From: the human T2T-CHM13v2.0 reference genome, Homo sapiens
DNA: 64,000 bases
Assembly (NCBI RefSeq): GCF_009914755.1
Contig: NC_060931.1
Reading direction: 5' to 3' (one strand)
The notes under the pieces were generated by a model. That model saw only the letters and a program-made list of their open reading frames with translations, was not told the origin of the DNA and did not search any database. The position numbers and the translations under genes were made by a program. Shown piece by piece: positions 12,501 to 24,019 of the stretch (position 1 is the stretch's first letter; every line of letters begins with the position of its first letter).

Positions 12501-14203
12501 AATAAGTTTATGGTAATTCAGGTGTATTTCCAATTAAACAGAAAGGAGAATCAGAAGAAGAGTCAATAGGAGGGTAGAGAAAATATAGAAATGGCTGTAA
12601 GAGAAAGAAACAAAGAGAAATAGAGGACAAAGACACTACTCTAGTCTAGTATGGGATGCTAAAAGAAAAAAATACTGAATAGAGAAAAGTATAAAAAGTC
12701 TAATAGAAGAGTAAATAATCAAATTGGGGTAATTTTTTAAATGGGTGGGAGTAAGGAGCCACTACAGCAAGAAAAAAAACAAAAATAGTAAATGCCATTA
12801 TTTTCAATAAATGCTAAAATTTATGAAAATGGGATTTTATCACGGTCATTGACGTTATAGCATTAATGGTCTATATATTTTGACAGCGTACTTAAACCCC
12901 CAAGGTAGGCAACATGGTGAGTGCCTGCGTAAATTGGTCAGGGCTTGGGTTGTTATTGTTAAATGTTTTGATGATCACCTAGGTTTAAAATAATGCTTTC
13001 ATAATATAATGGGAAAATGGATGCAATTGGCTGCTAAGTGATTGGCGTCAGATTTCAGAGGTAGTATGAATTAGCTAGAAGGCGTCCCTTAATCTCACTG
13101 CACTCTACTCTCCAGAAGCCGTCTCTGAAACCAGAGCAGTAATAGGACATGTCTCTATCACACAACCAATGAATGTCACAGGCTGGTTTTAAGACTTCCA
13201 GCTCAGGACTTGCTTTACACTAAATTACGTGAAGCAGACATTTTCCAAATATACACCCCCTAAAGATCTATCGCGACCTAGCGTAGTGTTATTACAGAGA
13301 AGGGAGTTGGAAAGATTGACTGATTGATTAGTGGCCATTCTCTGTAAACCTGACATAAATGCACATTTCCTCTATTTACAGAAAATAGTTGCAATTGTTA
13401 TTTTATTATTTTTTATCCTGGCCCATGGTCAGTAGCTCTATCCACCTCATTTCTATCATTGCTAGAGTCTTTTGCTTTAAGTCTTCATCATGAGCATGCC
13501 TTTCCTGCTTGTCCTTTGAGAACACTGTTCACAGTTCATGGCACTGACTGTGTTTAGGCATGGTGGCCGTGCTGAACTTGAGCACTCCTTTTCAACTGCC
13601 TGTGGTTTCACCACTTCTTAATATGTTAAATTTATTTAGGCTGTGGTTGTTAGCCCCTTATTTTTCTGCTTGCTGTTCTGTCAGTTAATGTTTCCCTTGC
13701 ATAGGTCAGAAGGTGGAGAGGGGAAGAAAAGAGGGAGAAGGGATTCTTAGCCAAATCCAGGTCAAGCTGTCTAACCAAACGGTAGCTGATTCTATTACCA
13801 ACTTGGTCTCTGTTTCCCAGCCTTTATGGTACCAAGAGACTTTTGCAGTAATGGAAACATTCCTTCTTTTACTTCTGTGCACCGTCATCTTCCTTGACTT
13901 CATGCAGAGAAACACAAGGAGCAAAATAATTGTAAGCATTACAGCCTTTTACTCTAATGACCTTGACTCTGCACTGGGATAGATGTCTAATTACAAAGAA
14001 TTCAGCACAGACCACATTAGCGAGGCTGGTGTTTGCTTTGCACACAGACCCAACATCTGTTGGATCTTTGGAGCAGAGATTTAGTCATGGGAGATGAATC
14101 CTGCTGTTCTCTTAAAATGCATGCTTTGAAAAGAATGCTCTTATAATATTTTGGTCCTGAGAGATACGGCATCATAGGTTCACGCTAAGGCTCACAGCCC
14201 CTA

Positions 14204-14381
14204 AGAAATTATGAGTAACTGATTAGATTTTTATAACTGCAGATCAAGTCCCTAAAATAAGAATCTATTCTTATCTTAGAAACTATGAGTATTATTTAGA
14301 AACCATGAGTAACTGATTAGATTTTTTAACTGCAAATCAAACCCCTAAAGTAAGAATCTATCCCTAAAAATCAAAATCTAT
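14204..14381. repeat. Degenerate tandem duplication, ~64-bp unit x2 plus partial copies
   Basis: agaaa(tt/cc)atgagtaactgattagattttt..aactgca.atcaa..ccctaaa.taagaatctat at 14204-14268 and 14298-14361. Confidence 0.9.
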
Positions 14382-14560
14382 TTTGCTGTTTTGGTCACTA
14401 TAATGAACAGAGGGAGTTGAACACATGGTTATCTCTCCACCACTCATGGCTGCTGCATAGAAATTGCCCCTAAAGGATGTTAATATTATTGATTTTATAA
14501 ACTATGTAGGTAGAACCTCTATTTTTCTTACACTGAACTTGGAGTGGGCAAAAAGAAGCC

Positions 14561-14638
14561 TACAAATGCATTATAAACATTGCAAATGTACATTATGAAT
14601 GTATATTACAAATACATTACAAATGTGCAAATGCATTA
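14561..14638. repeat. Degenerate minisatellite, ~11-13 bp unit (cattacaaatg-like)
   Basis: tacaaatgcattataaacattgcaaatgtacattatgaatgtatattacaaatacattacaaatgtgcaaatgcatta. Confidence 0.65.
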
Positions 14639-15334
14639 GTAGCTTCCCTTAATTTCAGTTTATGAGTTTGTGATATAAATGGCAGGGAAGAAAAACATTT
14701 GTGTGCATTTATCTTTGGAAATAGCACAACTTATTTAATCAATTGCTTTCTATTAACATTTTTTTGGTGAATGTGAACAATACAATCAAATGTAACATCG
14801 ATTTGGGTCTCTGTGATTTTCCCTGTCACCTCAATTCATTCCCGCCTTTTCTCCACATTACTGTCTTTCCCTGAAGCATAGGTAGTATTCATTTGCCACC
14901 TGAATGATCACCGCTGGGTCACTGTTGTGAAACCATAAAGTGCCTTGAAGGAAATCACAGTGCAGTTATTCAGTCTGTTCATATATTCTTCTCCTACCTC
15001 TCAGCTTTATCTTTTTCTTTCTCCGATTTCTTCAGTCCAGCTTTCAACTCTTCACTCCCATATATGTCATGTTTCAACTTCATTTAAATTTTTATCTTTT
15101 TCTCTATGTGTCATAGTTTTGGTAATTTTATGACTAAAACATGCTTTTCCTTTTGTCTGGAAGTATTTATTTTCTTTCACTGAATAATTGCTTCTCTTTT
15201 TTTATTTTTTTTTAACTGTGTTGCAGCACATAAAAAGTTTATGAAATCAATTCAGAGGGTCAAGATTGGCATTTTAATAGAATGTAATAGAAGATAAAAG
15301 AGTGTCACATATTGTTTCACAAAATATGTTTTAG

Positions 15335-15335
<1 letters not shown>

Positions 15336-15376
<41 letters not shown>
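15336..15376. repeat. (TG)20 microsatellite
   Basis: Uninterrupted TG run. Confidence 0.98.
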
Positions 15377-15385
<9 letters not shown>

Positions 15386-16228
15386 CTAGTTCCTGGAGTG
15401 AAATGTACTTTTTTGTTTGTTGTGGTTTGAGAATTTTGAAAGCCACTGTTTAAACAGCCAATTAAAATATCATTTTATCTATAAAGTTTTGTCTCTGTTC
15501 TCCAGAATAATTAATAAGTTCATTTTCTATGTCCACATTTATAGCTGTAGTTTCTAGAGTAATTATTGTTTTGAACTGGGAGAAAAAAATCAATATCTGT
15601 ATTAATGAACGCATCCCTTTGAACTGGAAGAAATTTGTTTACAGAGTTGCTTCATCCATGCCATCTGAACTTGTTAAGTATAGGAATCATAGGAATCTGT
15701 CCTGATAGTATGAAATCTAGCACTTGGCACCTTGGCATTGAGATTCACTGTAGATGTTCAATGAATGTTCCAGGAATAAATTAATAAATGAAAAAATCTA
15801 TGAAAAGACAAACTTGACAAAGTTGGGTTCAGCTATTTTGTTTTCAAATGGGAATGTGACATTCCCATTTTCAATGGGAATTTGAAAATATTTATATAAT
15901 ATCTGCTACTTGAAAAGATTTTTAAAAACAAGCTAATTTTTTAAATATGAGGGTACAGTACTGATGTACTAATAACTGTGGAGTATTATTTGGTCTAAAA
16001 CAAATACACATGCACAAAAGAAAATTAGTTTTCAAATGTTTATCCATTGAAATCTTGGATTCTGCCGGCTGTTTAGTGGTTCATTTAGCATGTCACAGTA
16101 TCATGACAGCAGTGTCGAAATACCACCATAACATTCCCTTTTCAAAAAATGAAAATAATCAGTGAGAAAGCTAGCTATCTGTGCATATGGATCCACATGG
16201 TTGCATATTTGGAAAAATGGATAATCAA

Positions 16229-16595
16229 TGTATTACTCAATTCTTAGGCTGCTGTGAAGAAATACCCTAGACTGGGTAGTTTATAAAGGAAAGAGGTTTA
16301 ATTGACTCACGTGGCTGCATGTTCTGCATGGCTAGGCAAGCCTCAGGAAACTTACAATCATGGTGGGAGGCACCTCTTCACGAGGCAGCAGGAGAGAGAA
16401 TGAGTGCCCAGCAAAGGGGGAAGCCCCTTATAAAACCGTCAGCTCTCATGAGAACTCAATATCACAGGAACAGGATAGGGGAAATCACCCCCATGATTCA
16501 ATTATCTCCACCTAGTCCCTCCCATGACATGTGGGGATTATGGGAACTACAATTCAATATGAGATTTGGGTGGGGACACCAAAGTAACCAAATCA
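16229..16595 (-). mobile_element. MaLR solo LTR, THE1 family (THE1C/D-like)
   Basis: ataaaggaaagaggtttaattgactcac...cctcaggaaacttacaatcatgg...catgattcaattatctcc...gagatttgggtggggacac. Confidence 0.9.
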
Positions 16596-17024
16596 GCTTA
16601 TGTTAACATTTCCTATCTAGAATGTTTGAATGTACTTTACTCAGAAATTGCTTTCATGCTAATCCAAGTGACAACCCATAGTCTAACTAATCAGAGTATA
16701 TTTTTATCTTAAATAATAAAACTACTCTATCATGTCACCATGGAAATTTCGTACTTTGTGGAGTGAACATTGCAGTTGGAATTGTACCTGGAAATAAGTT
16801 GCTGCTGAATAAATATTGACAGCAGTGTCTCATTTTTACCATGTCCTGATCTCCTGTGAAGTTTGAGTGGCATACCTACTTCCCTTCTAACTCACAGAAA
16901 CACTGAAGTGATTGCTTCAATACACATGATATGCCTTCATTGCCTCATTGAATCAGAGCACTTAGAAACACTATTTTTTCATCCAAAAATGCAGTTAAAA
17001 GGCAGTGAAATTGTCAAGCTTCCG

Positions 17025-17260
17025 AGAACGTGATCTTTGGATTCAGACAGATATGAGTTTGAATCCCAAGTCAGTCAGTTATTTGCTGAAACAACTTGAC
17101 TGATTATCTTACCTTCATTGAGTCTTAGTCTTACTGTCTATAATTGGGATCAAAGTACATAATTTCAAGTATATTGTGATCATTGCAACATTAGAAGGAA
17201 TGTATAAACTTCTTAACTTCATGCCTGGCACCTAGTACATTGTCAAAATGGTTGATGATT
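17025..17260 (+). mobile_element. MIR SINE
   Basis: tttggattcagacagatatgagtttgaatccca...tgcctggcacctagta resembles MIR core and 3' end. Confidence 0.7.
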
Positions 17261-17814
17261 TTGTTGTTGTTGCTAGAAGAAAAGAGTTTCCTTGCCTCCA
17301 ACATAAACTATTTTTTTAGTTTTGGAATTAATCCTACTCTCCTGTTATTTTAGCTATGAATACATGTAACACTCCTAGATCTTGGGCTGATCTCCTGATT
17401 GAGAAGACAGCCTGACTCTGCACTTCAGAACTCTATTCAGGCCCCAAGTTCTTTCTTTCTTCTCAGTCTCTTTCTGGCTATGCCTCAGGGAACAAGTAAA
17501 ATGTGTTACTAAATGAGCTTGCCTTTTGTCTTGTTCATCTCACATTGTTACGCAATTAAAAAAAAAAAAAACTTGATGATGCTGCCTTCCTCAGAAAGGC
17601 CACATCAAAAGGTAGAGTTAACCAAAAATAATACACACTTTTTCCAAAGACACAAACAGTTCCTTGAAAAGGATGTCATGCTGTAATTTGTTTTGTGAAT
17701 TCTATAAACCACAGAACATTTACTTACAGTAATGTTTGACCTTTCTTTTTCCTTATTTTTATGCCTACAAAGCTTCTTTTTCTCTCCTCTTGAGAAGAAA
17801 TATAAAGGCTAACG

Positions 17815-17819
<5 letters not shown>

Positions 17820-17861
<42 letters not shown>
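17820..17861. repeat. (TA)20 microsatellite
   Basis: Uninterrupted AT run followed by a GA-rich tract. Confidence 0.98.
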
Positions 17862-17864
<3 letters not shown>

Positions 17865-20327
17865 AGAGAATGAGAGAGAGAGAAATATATATGATTTTAT
17901 TGGAATACTGAATTTAATTTTTAGCCAAAGTCCTTTGGCTTTATGCAATAATATTTTATGGAATGCAATCACTTGTGCAAAGACTAAAGAGAGGCTCATT
18001 TGAAACTTTGCAAAAAGAATATGCTGCTCATAGGGTAATGGGAAATGCAATATGTGTACTAAGCTACACACTGCACCCCACCGAAAGGAGAGAAATCCCT
18101 ATGACTGATTTGATGGTAGTATAATCTCTTTAGGGATTTTTTGGATAAAGAAAGTAATAACAAAAAATAGGCACATAATTAAGTTTCCAAAGTGCACGTG
18201 TCACCAGCATCTTATTGTCCCTCTGGAGGGGAAATTTACTAATGACTTGGGTAGACATTTTTCCTGCTATGTGCCCAACTGAGAAAAAAAAATCAGCCTT
18301 TCCAAATTTTCTAAATAATTCTCTGCTATGTAAGTTTTAAGAACATTTTACTGTCATTTGTGTTCTATTTTCTATTCATTATGGCAATGTTTTACAACCA
18401 CCAGGTTGCTATAGAAATGAAAATAAACAAAGATTTGGAAAGATACATGTTGCAGGGGCTTGTTCTGCCTCTCTTGCCTAAACCATGAGGATTATGTTAT
18501 TCTTTAAATATACTTTCTTCCTTGGTTATCCAGTTGGTCTTAATATAAGGAAACAAAGTTAAATACTTTGTTCTGACTTGTGTCAAATTTTTCTCAATGT
18601 CTTAAACTCTTTTCCTGTCCTTTAAGAATAAATTGGGCTAAAAGAGGATAAAATTAGAAGGAAATAAAGGAAAGAAAAAAAGGAAGACGGAAGAAAGGAA
18701 GGAAGGAAAGAGGAAGGAGTAATAAGGTAGGCATAAGATAAAACTAAAAGTTGCTATGGAGCTGACCTCCTTGTCAGCACCCACTGGAACTATAAGGAAG
18801 GGTGTATTTTATTGAGCAATCACAGGCAATTTTGAAGGGGTTCAAGAAGAATCAGTAGTTCTAGTGCATTATGCTGGCAAAGACCCTTGCCCGCTCTCCA
18901 CACCCTTGTAGCTCAGCCTCAGTTCTCTAGGATGTGGTCTTTTGTTAATTGGATAGTAGCAGAGCAAAGTCGGGACTACTGATCCTTTCCAGCTCTAGTC
19001 CTTACAAATATGGAAAGACTGATTTAGTAATGCTTATGAAACCAAATACATAACAGCCCCTTTATGTTACTGGACTCACATTTGAAATCATAATAAAATA
19101 TTTCTTGAGAACCACTGTTGCAAACTTAAAGACACATTTTTGGCATATTAAAATTCACGGTATTTCTATGCTTTTATACAATAATGACTGGGAAGGGACA
19201 TATATAATTACATTCTACATTTCTCAGCAAAAGAGTGTTTACTTCAGTACAATTTTAATATTAACTCTTAATGACTTCTACCAACTCCAAACTAAGCATG
19301 TTTCAACATTTTGTTGTTTCTTTCTAGACTAGATTTCAGTACAGAGTTTAACGAAAGCAAAATCTGTTAATTCTGTTGTCATTGTTTTATATATGGTAAT
19401 TAGATAAGAATCAGTTTATCTGTTTTGATAAACTAGCAATCTTACCATTTTGCCCAGCTCCCTATGCTTGCGTATAGGATTTTGCCTAGGGAGGTGGCAT
19501 CATTCTCTATTCAGAGGCGTTCCAAATATAATAATATAAATACACTAATACTATTCTCACAGACAATGTCCCAAAGTCAGGAAGAGATACTGTTGAGAAA
19601 AATTTCTCTCTCAACTCTTAGCTCAGAGACACATTGGGCAATATCTCAGAATTAGTCAGAAATGTTACTGGCTACGTGACACATCTTAGGCAAGGAAAGT
19701 CCCTCATTGCCTTCAAATATCATTATTTTTTAAACACATAGCATTTAAAATTAGCATTGGCTTCTTAAGCACTAAAGCAATATAAACTTACTAAATGTCA
19801 TATTTGAAACTCTAATTAAAAGAATACACTTTCTGGACCAGGTATATATGTGAGTGTACACACACACGCATATTCCTAATTATGATATATTGCGTTACAT
19901 TATGATGTATATGTGCTATTTGTTTGTAGCTTCCTTATTCTCATCAATGATTCATTTAAAAGCACAGAGTACTATAATTAGGATTACTATTTTGATGTAG
20001 TGAAATGATATGGACTCACAATGTCACATTTAGAGCTCCAATCTCTTTAGAAGTGATAATTTAGCCCCCAAAATATAGCTTATACAAATTTTGTTCTTGC
20101 AGTGAAATAGTTTGCTCTCCACTCTAGGGTCTAGCGTCATCAAAGGAAAGACACACTTTAGAATCGTTCTGAAAGGCCAGGGGCAAATCAGTGGATATGT
20201 AGGCAAAGATTTTGATCAGCAAGGATGCTGAGCTTCAGGCAACAACTTTTCTTATCAAATGCAAGAGAAAGAGAATGTGAAGGGGGAAAAAAGTGTCCCT
20301 TTGGTGTATTAGATCTGGAACATAGAA

Positions 20328-20495
20328 AAATCATAGAATAATAGAGCCGCATATGACTTTAGAGTTAATCTAAATGAATCCCCCCAGTCTCATATAATAG
20401 TTGAAACTAAGACAATTTACTAAGGTTACCCAAGTGGAGGCAGTGCCAAGAACAGAAATTGAATATCTTGAGTTGGAATCAAGTGATTTTTCTAA
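20328..20495 (-). mobile_element. MIR/MIR3 fragment
   Basis: aatcatagaat...gactttagag...gaaactaagac...ctaaggttaccca pattern of antisense MIR. Confidence 0.55.
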
Positions 20496-21316
20496 CCCCC
20501 TACAATTGTACACTGAAGCCAGATAATTCAATTTTGAGATGGCACACTGTAGAAATCATTGCAGAATTTAACCCCCTTTTTGAAGACTTTTGGAGAAACC
20601 TCACCTTTCCCCCTCTCCATCTGGTTCATACAGTGTTCCAATGCTCATCAGAGGAAGATGGTTAGAGAATGTTTTCCTTTATACTGACAGAGTTCCCATT
20701 TGGATAATTAATTTGTAAAAATACAGAAAAAAACCTAGCTAGCTTAGAAGCATATCTAAATCAATGAATAAAAATAGGGCAAGATAAGAGGAAATTCATT
20801 TTGAGAAGAATTATGAAGACAGAAAGAGAAAAGCTATGTAGATTCAGGAGAATGCAATAAACAAAACATGGAAAAAATAGAAGCCGTATCATATATATGT
20901 CACATTTTCTGAAGGTGTGAAAATTTTTGAGCCCAATTTTTTCCTTTTCTCCTCATTACAGTAGTATAATTTCTAGATTAAAAATGAATTAAATGAGCAT
21001 TTGCATATTCTTGTAATTATCATCCCCATTCTGCTTTTGTGTCTGGAGAGATTTGGAACCAGCTGGACAAGAGAGGAAAGGACGATTTTCTGATGTTTGC
21101 ATTTAAAGCAAAGGCTCATAAACAGTGAAGCCACAGTAGAAATGGGAATGGCCTTTCACTAAAAGAGGGATTTTACATACATTTGTGAAACGTGCAGAGG
21201 CTGAGGAAGAGTGAGGCACCAAGAAAATCTGACCTCCAAACACGAAAAACCAGAGAGGGCATCACTGGGTATAACATTCAACAACTATTTATTGAGTATC
21301 CACCATGTGCTAGACT

Positions 21317-21563
21317 TTAGCTTGTCCAACCCATGGCCCATGGGCCACATGGGGCCCAGGACGGCTTTGAACGTGGCCCAGGATGGCTTTGAATGTGGCC
21401 CAACACAAATTCGTAAACTTTCTTAAAACATAATGTTTTTGTTTTTGGATTTTATTTTTTAGTTCATCAGCTATTGTTAGTGTCAGTGTATTTTATGTGT
21501 GGCCCAAGGCAATTCTTCGTCTTCTAATGTGGCCCAGGGAAGCCAAAAGATTGGGCACCCCTG
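21317..21563 (-). mobile_element. MER30 hAT-Charlie DNA transposon fossil
   Basis: agcttgtccaaccc...cacaaattcgtaaactttcttaaaacat...tggcccagggaagccaaaagattgggcacccctg. Confidence 0.9.
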
Positions 21564-21904
21564 TTTGGACACTCTTTTAGGTCCCCAAAATACATCTGTG
21601 AACAAAGAGACAAACATTTCTTCCCTAGAGAACTTGAATTTAGTGGGAAGAAGCAATGAAAAAATAAACATTGGACATAATATATAAGTAAATCATGTAT
21701 GACTTTGGAAGGTAAGTGTTATGGTGAAAAAAAACCAGAAGAGAAGAGTTAGGAATGACAGAGGTGGGGTAGGCGTGGGAAGGGTTGTCAGGAGAAGGTC
21801 TTACTGAAAAGATAATAGACGACTAAAGGTTTGAATGAGGCAAGGGAGCTAGGCCTCTGGGGAAAATCATTCAGGCGAAGGGAACAGCCAGTGTGTAATC
21901 TCCA

Positions 21905-22630
21905 TGGCCACTGTGAGTACTGCTACAATGAGCATGGGAGTACAAATATCTCTTTGAGGTTCTGATTTCGATTCTTTTGGATAAACATCCAGAAGTGGGA
22001 TTGCTGGATCATATGGCATTTGTATTATATGTTTTTTAAGGAAGCTTGCACTGTTTTACATAGTAACTGCACCATTTTACATTCTCACCAACAGTGTACA
22101 AGTGTTCCAATTTCTTCATATTAAACAACTTAAGTGTCCCTGGATGGATGAATGGATAAAGAAAATGTGGTATATAGATACAATAGAATATTATTCAGCC
22201 TTGCAAATGAAGGGATCCTGCCATATGTAACAACATGGATGAACCCAGAGACATTATGCTGAGTGAAATAAGGCAGAATCAGGACAAATACTGCATGATT
22301 TCACTTACATGAGGTATCTAAAATAGTCAAACTCATAGAAGCAGACAGTGCAATGGTTGCCAGGGACTGGGACCAGGGGAAAATGGGGAGTTGCTCAAAG
22401 GATATAAAGTTTCAGTTATGTAGGATGATGAAGTTCTAGAGATCTGACCAGGGGAAAATGGGGAGTTGCTCAAAGGATATAAAGTTTCAGTTATGTAGGA
22501 TGATGAAGTTCTAGAGATCTGCTGTTTAACATTGTACCTACAGGTAACATTGTGTTATACCCTTAACAGTTGTTTAAGGGGGTGGATGTCATGTTGAGGA
22601 TTCTTACCACAATTAAAAAAAAAAAGGAAA
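21905..22630 (+). mobile_element. L1MB-type 3' end with inverted 5' segment (21905-22122 antisense, 22123-22630 sense)
   Basis: Antisense agaagtgggattgctggatcatatgg...cattctcaccaacagtg, then sense gaatggataaagaaaatgtgg...ttaccacaattaaaaaaaaaaa. Confidence 0.85.
22371..22520. repeat. Perfect 75-bp tandem duplication
   Basis: 22371-22445 is identical to 22446-22520 (gaccaggggaaaatggggag...ttctagagatct). Confidence 0.98.
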
Positions 22631-22699
22631 GAAAAAAAACTGAGAGGATTGGGAGTAAACAAATATTTTATCACCCTTGAGCCTCCCAAAATGCTCTAC

Positions 22700-22950
22700 T
22701 TACAGAGACAGAAACTGGAATGGTGGTTGCCAGGGGCTTGGAGGAAGGGGAAATGGGAAGTTATTGAGTTACTGTTTGACGGTTACAGAGTTTCCCTGGA
22801 AAGATGAAAAAGTTCTGGAGTTGGAACGGTGGTGATGGTTGCACAACAGTGAGAATATATTTAATGCTGCCAAAGTTAAATGGTTAAATACTTAAAATGG
22901 TTAAAGTAGTACATTTTATTTAATGTACATTTTACCACAATAAAACTTTT
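22700..22950 (+). mobile_element. Second L1MB (L1MB7/8-like) 3' end fragment
   Basis: agagacagaaa...tggttgccagggg...gatgaaaaagttctggag...gtggtgatggttgcacaaca...ttttaccacaataaaa. Confidence 0.85.
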
Positions 22951-24019
22951 AGTTGTTAAAAAAAATCCCTTTGACCGTAGTGTGTCAGGCATATTTGTGA
23001 ATAGAGTCCTGGCCAAGCTTCACTGACCAGAGACTCATGGGTCATTAAAACAAACAAAACAACAACAACAACAAAATTTGCTTCCACCAGAAGAGAAATG
23101 ATGAGGATCTGATTAAACATGTTAAGCTGGCCGGCTGCCATTTTGAGAACAGAGTACAGGGGTAAAGAGGTAGTATGGGCCCCTCCGAGGAGGCCATGGC
23201 TGTGATCCAGGTGAGCAGTAAAGTTGGCACAGGCCAGGGTGAGAACAGTGGAGGTGTAGGAACGTGGTACATTTCTGGATATATTTTGAAAGTTTGACAA
23301 TAGGATTCCTTGGAAGATTGGCTTTGGGTTTGAGAAAGAGACAGGGAGCTGCCAAAGATGAAAAATTGAGGCAATAAAAAAGGGAGTGGTAAAAGAGAGA
23401 AGGGGGCAATGTGTGTGTGTTGGTGGTGTGAAGAGTTGGAGGGTGAATGCTAAGGAAGAAGAGCAGGACTTATTCAGGTCTGGGCTGGTGGAGCTAGAGG
23501 AGAACACCAATTATACCTGGTGTGCTTAGCGCTCCTAGTGCTGACGCTTTTCCACAAATGCCCATGGTAAACCTTCATTTAGTGCCCCCCACAAGGACCC
23601 TACAGGGCCTGTGTTGTGTGAGGCACTGGGGGCTGTTCTGCAGCACTAGCAGCCACAACAGCTGCCTGGAATCTGTATAGACAGTTCTTTGATGTGCTGC
23701 CTTCACCACTTTGGGAGCCTCTTTTCCTTGTACTTCATGCACAAACATAGGTGAATGCATGAAAAAATGTGCAGTCTATAATGTGCATTTTTGTTTTTGC
23801 CAGAAAAACCTAAAAGAAATAAAAGTTCTTGTACCATTTGAAAAGGTATAATTTTATAATATGATGCTTTCATGCAATGACATACAATTAGACTATAGAG
23901 AAAAAAGGTAGGCTTGGATTTTCACCTATAATTTACATTTGCATGATTATAATATGCTATTATAAATTATACAGGGGATCAGAATCTGCTGTCTCAGAGG
24001 TGACATATAAGATCATATA

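Larger units (their letters stand above)
21272..23480 (-). mobile_element. L2 (L2a-like) 3' region, split by MER30 and two L1MB inserts
   Basis: cattcaacaactatttattgagtatccaccatgtgctag (L2 3' end), resuming ~21564-21900 and ~22960-23480 (ttctggatatattttgaaag...aggattcctt). Confidence 0.7.

Noticed and set aside
22956-23510. Longest ORF (184 aa, minus) and overlapping ORFs
   Set aside because: Lies in a decayed L2; low-complexity translation with no recognisable domain.
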